Origin: an uncultured SAR86 cluster bacterium
GTDB lineage: Bacteria; Pseudomonadota; Gammaproteobacteria; Magnimaribacterales; Magnimaribacteraceae
Length of the DNA: 64,000 nucleotides
Assembly (NCBI GenBank): GCA_902521635.1
Contig: CABYSI010000002.1
Location: 56,198 to 120,197, forward strand
Direction of reading: 5' to 3'
Made by a program: the position numbers and the translations under genes. How positions within the stretch are numbered: position 1 is the first letter of the stretch; each line of letters opens with the position of its first letter. The notes beneath the pieces were generated by a model, which was not told the DNA's origin, searched no databases, and worked only from the letters and a program-made list of their open reading frames with translations. Shown piece by piece: positions 57,869 to 64,000 of the stretch.

Positions 57869-59494
57869 ATGAGAACAAGAAAATTTTGGGGATGGGGTTA
57901 TGAAGATGAACTTCTTACTGCGGAAGAAGAAAATAATATAGACAGGCGAATAGCTAAAACTTTTGAGTTAGATTCTGTAGAAAGAATAGAAATACCAAAA
58001 ATAGAAAATGTTAATCTGCCTGACTCCTCTCTAAAATGCCCTAATAGTCTTAAGGCTATAGTCTCAAATGATAAATTGGAGAGACTTAACCATTCCTATG
58101 GAAAATCTTTTCCAGACTCAGCAAGATCAATATTAGGTCAATTTCCAGCACCTCCTGATTTTGTAGCTTTTCCCAATTCCGAAGAAGATATAACAAACAT
58201 ACTGGACTGGGCGTCTTCAAATGATATAGCAGTCATTCCTTATGGGGGAGGGTCCAGTGTGTGTGGTGGAGTTGAAACTAATGTTGGTGATGATTACAAC
58301 GGGGTCATTTCTTTAGATATGAAAAATCTTAATTCTATTATTGAGATAGATAGAGAGAGTAGAACAGCTCTTATACAGGGTGGAATTCTTGGTCCTGATC
58401 TTGAAGGTCAGCTTAAAGAACACGATCTAACAATGCGTCACTATCCTCAAAGCTTTGAGTTCTCTACTCTTGGAGGTTGGATAGCAACTAGATCTGGCGG
58501 ACATTACGCTACTTTGTACACTCATATAGATGATTTTGTTGAATCCTTAAAGATGATTACTCCTTCCGGTTCATTTGAATCTAGAAGATTGCCTGGTTCT
58601 GGTGCTGGACCAAGCCCTGATAGATTTGCTATTGGATCTGAAGGTATTATGGGTGTCATAACTGAAGCATCGATGCGTTTGCAAGATAGACCAACTTATC
58701 GATCTTCTTGTACAGTTGAATTTACCGAATATACGAATGCTTTAAATGCCTTAAGACATATTAGTCAAGCTGGCTTATTTCCAGCAAATTGTAGATTATT
58801 GGATTCAAATGAAGCCTTATTTAATGGTGCTGGAGATGGGTCTAAACACTTATTGATAATCGCTTTTGAATCTGCAGATCATGATAAAAGTCATTCGTTA
58901 AAGAGGGCTTTAGAAATAGTTGATGACAATGAAGGTATTTTTGAAGAGTCAAAAGAATCAATAGATGCTCATAGAAGCGGATCATCTGGTAGTTGGAGAA
59001 GCAGCTTTATAAAGGCACCTTATTTAAGGGAAAGTTTTACTAGAAGAGGTATTATTCAGGACACATTTGAAACAGCAATAACTTGGGATAAAAGTCATAA
59101 ATTTATAGAAAATATTAAGAAACAGACTTCCAAAGCAATCTTAGAAATAACTGGAAAGCCTTCACTGGTAACTTGTCGAATCACACATAGCTATCCCGAC
59201 GGATTGGCTCCTTATTTTACTTTTGGTGCTTTCTCTACTCCCCAATCTATGATCGAAACTTGGAAAGAAATAAAGCTAGCTACTAATGAAATTTGTATTG
59301 CTAACCAAGGTACAGTAACTCATCACCATGCTGTAGGAAGAGATCATCGTCCTAAAGGTTATGATGATCAAAGACCTGATCTTTTCAATAAAGTTTTAGT
59401 AGCAGCAAAGTCATCTTTAGATCCTAAAGGTGTAATGAATCCTGGCGTTTTAATTGATCCTGAAGGAAAAAATATTAGTAACTGGATGGTCTAA
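57869..59494 (+). CDS. FAD-linked oxidase, alkyl-DHAP synthase (AGPS)-like
   Basis: PYGGGSSVCGG, HYPQSFEFSTLGGWIATRSGG, GAGPSPD, GSEGIMGVI, THHHAVGRDH, DPKGVMNPG. Confidence 0.88.
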   Translation: MRTRKFWGWGYEDELLTAEEENNIDRRIAKTFELDSVERIEIPKIENVNLPDSSLKCPNSLKAIVSNDKLERLNHSYGKSFPDSARSILGQFPAPPDFVAFPNSEEDITNILDWASSNDIAVIPYGGGSSVCGGVETNVGDDYNGVISLDMKNLNSIIEIDRESRTALIQGGILGPDLEGQLKEHDLTMRHYPQSFEFSTLGGWIATRSGGHYATLYTHIDDFVESLKMITPSGSFESRRLPGSGAGPSPDRFAIGSEGIMGVITEASMRLQDRPTYRSSCTVEFTEYTNALNALRHISQAGLFPANCRLLDSNEALFNGAGDGSKHLLIIAFESADHDKSHSLKRALEIVDDNEGIFEESKESIDAHRSGSSGSWRSSFIKAPYLRESFTRRGIIQDTFETAITWDKSHKFIENIKKQTSKAILEITGKPSLVTCRITHSYPDGLAPYFTFGAFSTPQSMIETWKEIKLATNEICIANQGTVTHHHAVGRDHRPKGYDDQRPDLFNKVLVAAKSSLDPKGVMNPGVLIDPEGKNISNWMV

Positions 59495-59549
59495 ATGTGG
59501 AAAAAATTCACGTATTCTGGCAAAATTAAGTCCATAAACGGGAGGGTTT

Positions 59550-60128
59550 ATGTCAAAACAAGCGACTTTTACTGAAATGCTAAACGGTACTGCTGAAGAT
59601 TATGCAATCATTGGTAGAGAAACTTCTGAATATGCAAAGAGTTTACCTGATAGGATTTTAGAACATTTATCTATTTTGAAAGGTGATACTGGAGGCTTTG
59701 CTGTTGATCGTTTCACTCATTGTCTACAAACTGCAACAAGAGCTTATAAAGATGGAAGAGATGAGGAGTATGTCGTTTGCGCTCTTCTTCACGATATTGG
59801 AGATACTTTGGCTTCTGCAAATCATGCTGACCTTGCTGCAACAATGTTGCAACCATTTGTTTCGGAAGAAAATTACTGGATAGTAAAACACCATGGCATT
59901 TTTCAAGGTTACTACTTCTTTGATTTTCTAGGTTTAGACAAAAATATGAGAGACGAATATAAGGATAGTCCTTACTGGCATGCTTGCGCTGAATTTTGTG
60001 CTAAATATGATCAAAATTCATTTGATCCAGATTATGAATGTATGTCCATCGAAGAATTTGAACCGATGGTAAGAAATGTATTTGCCAAACCAAGAAACTC
60101 TATCTACAAAGCAAGAGATTACGCTTAA
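59550..60128 (+). CDS. HD-domain metalloprotein (PhnZ-like diiron subgroup)
   Basis: THCLQTATRA, ALLHDIGD, NHA, HHGIFQ, KYDQ. Confidence 0.8.
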   Translation: MSKQATFTEMLNGTAEDYAIIGRETSEYAKSLPDRILEHLSILKGDTGGFAVDRFTHCLQTATRAYKDGRDEEYVVCALLHDIGDTLASANHADLAATMLQPFVSEENYWIVKHHGIFQGYYFFDFLGLDKNMRDEYKDSPYWHACAEFCAKYDQNSFDPDYECMSIEEFEPMVRNVFAKPRNSIYKARDYA

Positions 60129-60142
60129 TCTCAGCTAACTCT

Positions 60143-62578
60143 ATGGACAGAATAGAATCCTTAATAGGGGAGTTGACCCTAGAAGAAAAAGTTTCTATTT
60201 TGTCAGGATCATCAGCTTGGCATACAACTGCGGTACCTAGACTTAATATTCCGCGAGTAAAGATGACTGATGGCCCCATAGGTGCCAGAGGAGATTCTAT
60301 TTCTGGAGCTACTTCGGCTTGCTTTCCAAGTGCCTCTTGTCTTTCTTCTTCTTGGGATACAGAGAATATAGAAAATATTGCTAGAGCTATTGGAATAGAA
60401 GCAAAAAGCAAAGATGCTGATGTTTTACTAGGCCCAACTATTAACTTACATAGACACCCTTTAGGTGGCAGGCATTTCGAATGTTACTCCGAAGATCCTA
60501 TTTTAACGGGTGAGTTAGCAAGCAGTTATGTACAAGGCGTCCAATCAGTTGGAGTCTCAGCATGTCTGAAACATTTCATCGGCAATGATACTGAATATCA
60601 GAGACACTTCGTTAGTTCAAATATTGATGAACGAACTTTGAGGGAACTATATCTTTTACCCTTTGAAATGGGAGTAAAGGCTGGGTCTTTATCAGTCATG
60701 TCTGCTTACAATCAATTAAATAATATATTTTGCTCTTCTCATGATGAGATGCTAAATAAAGTACTTAAAGATGAATGGAATTTTCCTGGATATGTAGTCA
60801 GTGATTGGGGTGCAGCACAAGATACCATTGGCAATGCCAATGGAGGACTTGATTGTGAAATGCCAGGTCCTGCAAGAAGTTGGGGTGAAAACTTAGTAAA
60901 AGCGGTGAACAAAGGAAAAGTACATGAGGAAGTAGTTGATGATAAAGTAAGGAGGATTCTCAGAGTTGCTGAATTTACTGGAAGACTAGACAAACCGGAT
61001 GAAAAACCAGAAGAGAGTAATAATTTAGAAGAAGATAGGATTTTGATTAGAGAATCTGGATCTGAAGGTATGGTCTTACTCAAGAATGACGGAGTTCTTC
61101 CTTTAAAAACAGAAGAGATTAAAAAACTTGCAGTTATAGGTCCAAATGCTCTTAAGGGACAATATATGGGAGGAGGTAGCGCATCACTCAATCCGCATTA
61201 TGTAGTACATCCATTAGAGGGGATCGAATCTGCTTTGGGTGATGATAAGAAAGTTGATTATGCAAAGGGTTGTCATACGCATAAATTTCTACCCGCTATA
61301 CCGAGTAATCTTTTTAAAGAAAATGATGGTTTCCAGGTCGACTTTTATGACGGTCAAGAGTTCGATGGAAAACCTATTGAAACTAAAATCCTAAAAGGAA
61401 ATAAGTTTTGGGCTATGGGGGGTTTTGGTCTAGATATAGTATCGCAATCTAAGCGACCTTCATTGAGTGTAAGATTTACAGGTGAGTTGCAACCAGAATT
61501 CTCTGGAGAGTATGATTTTGAAATATTTAGTATAGGACCTTCAAGACTTTCTATAAATGGAGAGACCCAAATTGATAATTGGACTTCTCAAGATCCAGGT
61601 GATGCATTCTTTGGTATGGGCTCTGCTCCAAAAAGAAAAAAAATAATTTTTGAAGAAGGACAAACTTATCTTCTGGAAGTTGAATATAAGTGGGAAGGGC
61701 GATTCCCTGCTGTCCAAATCGGAATGCAGGCACCAGACCAATTCGATTTAATGGAAGAGGCTAAGTCTATAGCCAAAGAGGCCGATGCAGTTATTTTAAT
61801 AGTTGGCACTAATTCTGATTGGGAAACTGAAGGTAATGATAGATCCAACCTAGATCTACCCTCTAATCAAGATGAGCTAATCGAGGAAGTATGCAAACTA
61901 AATAAAAATACGGTAGTTGTTTTAAATACTGGATCTCCCTGTTTGATGCCGTGGGTTGAAGAGGCTGGTTCAATTTTACAGTGTTGGTTTCCAGGTCAAG
62001 AATTTGGAAACTCTTTATCTGATATTATCTTTGGAAAAACAAACCCTTCAGGAAAATTACCTACTACTTTCCCAAAATCTATTAAAGATACTCCTGCTTA
62101 TGCAACATACCCAGGTAAAGATCTTCAGATGGATTATGCAGAGGGTTTGTACATCGGATATAGATGGTACGACAAAGAAGAAATTGACCCATTATTTCCA
62201 TTTGGACATGGGCTTTCTTATACTTCTTTCGAATATTCAAATTTAAGAGCAATACCACCTAAAGGTAATGCTTCCGTAGCTGCTTTTGAATTTGAAATAT
62301 GCAATACAGGTGATGTTGCTGGTAAGGAAATAATTCAAGGCTATGTAAAAGTATCGGATTCAAAAATTGATCGACCAAGAAAAGAGCTCAAGAAATTCAC
62401 AAAAATTTCTTTAGAACCAGGTGAGACTCAAAAAATAAAATTTGAATTATCAGAAAGAGAATTATCATTCTGGAATGTTGATCTTCATGCATGGCAAGTA
62501 GAGCCTGCAGAGTATATTTTCGAAGTAGGAGCTTCGGCTAAAGATATCAGAGGTTCAGCTTCTGTCTGGCTAGGCTAA
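60143..62578 (+). CDS. GH3 beta-glucosidase with PA14 insertion and Fn3-like domain, cytoplasmic
   Basis: TDGPIGARG, GGRHFECYSEDP, KHF, VVSDW (nucleophile), ETEGNDR, YIGYRWYD, FPFGHGLSY; no signal peptide. Confidence 0.93.
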   Translation: MDRIESLIGELTLEEKVSILSGSSAWHTTAVPRLNIPRVKMTDGPIGARGDSISGATSACFPSASCLSSSWDTENIENIARAIGIEAKSKDADVLLGPTINLHRHPLGGRHFECYSEDPILTGELASSYVQGVQSVGVSACLKHFIGNDTEYQRHFVSSNIDERTLRELYLLPFEMGVKAGSLSVMSAYNQLNNIFCSSHDEMLNKVLKDEWNFPGYVVSDWGAAQDTIGNANGGLDCEMPGPARSWGENLVKAVNKGKVHEEVVDDKVRRILRVAEFTGRLDKPDEKPEESNNLEEDRILIRESGSEGMVLLKNDGVLPLKTEEIKKLAVIGPNALKGQYMGGGSASLNPHYVVHPLEGIESALGDDKKVDYAKGCHTHKFLPAIPSNLFKENDGFQVDFYDGQEFDGKPIETKILKGNKFWAMGGFGLDIVSQSKRPSLSVRFTGELQPEFSGEYDFEIFSIGPSRLSINGETQIDNWTSQDPGDAFFGMGSAPKRKKIIFEEGQTYLLEVEYKWEGRFPAVQIGMQAPDQFDLMEEAKSIAKEADAVILIVGTNSDWETEGNDRSNLDLPSNQDELIEEVCKLNKNTVVVLNTGSPCLMPWVEEAGSILQCWFPGQEFGNSLSDIIFGKTNPSGKLPTTFPKSIKDTPAYATYPGKDLQMDYAEGLYIGYRWYDKEEIDPLFPFGHGLSYTSFEYSNLRAIPPKGNASVAAFEFEICNTGDVAGKEIIQGYVKVSDSKIDRPRKELKKFTKISLEPGETQKIKFELSERELSFWNVDLHAWQVEPAEYIFEVGASAKDIRGSASVWLG

Positions 62579-63487
62579 TTAAACTTTCTTAGGAGCCCCT
62601 TTTTCCTCTACCTCTTGGTCGTGGAATTTTTTAGATTCTACTAGTTCAGGAATTAACTGGTCTAACTGATCAAGAGTCCATAAGTTATCTGTAGTAAAAG
62701 ATTGAATAATTGCCGGTTGTTGCATAATTCCTAATATTCCGCCTTGTGAATGAATGATTTGTGAGGTTATTTGGCTAGCTTCTTCAGTACATAGCCATGC
62801 GACTACTGGAGCTATTTGACCTGGTCCTTGTGTCCAGTCATTTTCATCATATTTTCTTCCTGCAGCTTCTATTAGATCAATCGTTAGTCTTGTTGCGGCT
62901 CCAGGAGAAATTGTATTTACAGTACATTTATACTTTGCCACTTCCAATGCAAGAGATCTTGTAAAGCCAGCTATGCCTTCTTTTGCAGCACCATAATTTA
63001 CTTGTCCAAAATTTCCAAATAGTCCCGAAACTGAGGACATATTAATAATCCTACAACCTAAAACATTATTATCTCTCATGTATCTTACTAAGGGTCTAGT
63101 GCAGTTATAGTGACCTTTTAAATGAACTTCCATTATCACATCCCAATCAGACTCTTCCATGTTGTAAAGTGTCTTGTCTCTTAAAACACCAGCATTATTG
63201 ACAAGTATATCGGCACGACCAAACGATTCTATGGCGGTATTAAATATATTTTGACCACCTTCAACTGTTCCTACAGAATCATAATTGGCGGCCGCATCAG
63301 AGCCGAGTGCTTTTATTTCTTCAACAACCTCATCAGCCACTTTGCCTTCACCGCTTCCATCTCTACCTCCACCCAAATCATTTACTACAATTTTTGCTCC
63401 TTCTGATGCTAAATAAAGGCATATTTCTCTTCCTATACCTCTTCCAGCTCCAGTCACTATTGCAACTTTGTCTTTTAATCTAGCCAT
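62579..63487 (-). CDS. SDR, MFE-2/3-hydroxyacyl-CoA dehydrogenase-like
   Basis: TGAGRGIG, VVNDLGG, NNAGVLRD, GNFGQVNYGAAK; ATG 63487 behind GAGGGAG. Confidence 0.88.
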   Translation of the reverse strand: MARLKDKVAIVTGAGRGIGREICLYLASEGAKIVVNDLGGGRDGSGEGKVADEVVEEIKALGSDAAANYDSVGTVEGGQNIFNTAIESFGRADILVNNAGVLRDKTLYNMEESDWDVIMEVHLKGHYNCTRPLVRYMRDNNVLGCRIINMSSVSGLFGNFGQVNYGAAKEGIAGFTRSLALEVAKYKCTVNTISPGAATRLTIDLIEAAGRKYDENDWTQGPGQIAPVVAWLCTEEASQITSQIIHSQGGILGIMQQPAIIQSFTTDNLWTLDQLDQLIPELVESKKFHDQEVEEKGAPKKV

Positions 63488-63590
63488 ATTTATCTCCCTC
63501 ATTCATTCTACTTTAAAATTTTTTTTAGGGTATTTATTTAGTCTTTTTTAATGTATAAATGGAATTAGTTATCAGGGAGAATGACTGTTT

Positions 63591-64000
63591 ATGGAGGAGA
63601 ACAACCTAAAAGCTCAATCCGCTTCTAATAGGACCATGTGGACATATGGTTTTGGTTCGATAGGGGTCGGAATCAAAAATAACTTGCTAGGGACTTGGTT
63701 ACTTTTTTACTACCAAGATGTTTTGGGTTTAGATGCAGTGCTTGTAACTGCAGCAATAGGTATTGCGTTGGTAATAGATGCATTCTCAGATCCTTTTGTG
63801 GGAGTATGGTCCGACCGTCTTAAAACTAAATGGGGAAGAAGACATCCCTTTATGTACGGAGCCATAATTCCTTTTGCCCTTTGTTATTATCTAATTTTAC
63901 AAGACCCAGGTGATATTTCGGATTCAGCACTTTTTACTAGACTTTTAGTTTTAATGATCCTCATGAGACTTGCAATGACCTTTTACGAAGTTCCAAGAGG
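63591..64000 (+). CDS. GPH/MelB-like MFS transporter, 3'-truncated by window edge (not in ORF track)
   Basis: Manual translation: MEENNLK...WTYGFGSIG...LFYYQDVLGL...DAFSDPFVGVWSDRLKTKWGRRHPF. Confidence 0.85.
   Translation, partial: MEENNLKAQSASNRTMWTYGFGSIGVGIKNNLLGTWLLFYYQDVLGLDAVLVTAAIGIALVIDAFSDPFVGVWSDRLKTKWGRRHPFMYGAIIPFALCYYLILQDPGDISDSALFTRLLVLMILMRLAMTFYEVPR

Noticed and set aside
827-62246. Numerous 60-150 aa ORFs antisense to or nested within long genes (e.g. 3836-4207, 12942-13370, 60739-61191)
   Set aside because: They are shadows of well-supported genes, with no motifs or RBS.
1-64000. CRISPR arrays, IS elements, prophage or defence genes
   Set aside because: No spaced repeats, transposase, integrase or phage genes seen. 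The CPBP/Abi protein alone is not evidence of defence.

Overview
This AT-rich, very gene-dense window looks like a streamlined marine gammaproteobacterium. It is SAR86-like by inference from gene content, synteny and six TonB-dependent receptors (TBDRs); this was not verified by a search. A conserved core backbone (folD, tRNA-Pro/Arg/His, tig-clpP-clpX-lon-hupB-ppiD, fabI, mltD-gloB, rnhA-dnaQ-gltX, tRNA-Ala, ybbAP-tesA-yciB, pyk) is interleaved with uptake and catabolic genes. These include six TBDRs, a TBDR/S9-peptidase/OppABC locus lacking its ATPase, two Baeyer-Villiger monooxygenases, lipases, sugar permeases, a GH3 and oxidoreductases. No mobile element, prophage or CRISPR is evident. 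The two most interesting signals are non-coding. (1) A ~200-nt multi-stem RNA at 57157-57352 has a long-range closing helix, seven GGA motifs, an 11-nt perfect complement of the 16S 3' end ahead of a 14-codon ATT-start ORF, and its own terminator. (2) All six TBDR 5' leaders carry small hairpins that display A(N)GGA-type loops. Together they suggest an uncharacterised CsrA/RsmA-like post-transcriptional circuit gating outer-membrane nutrient uptake (inference).
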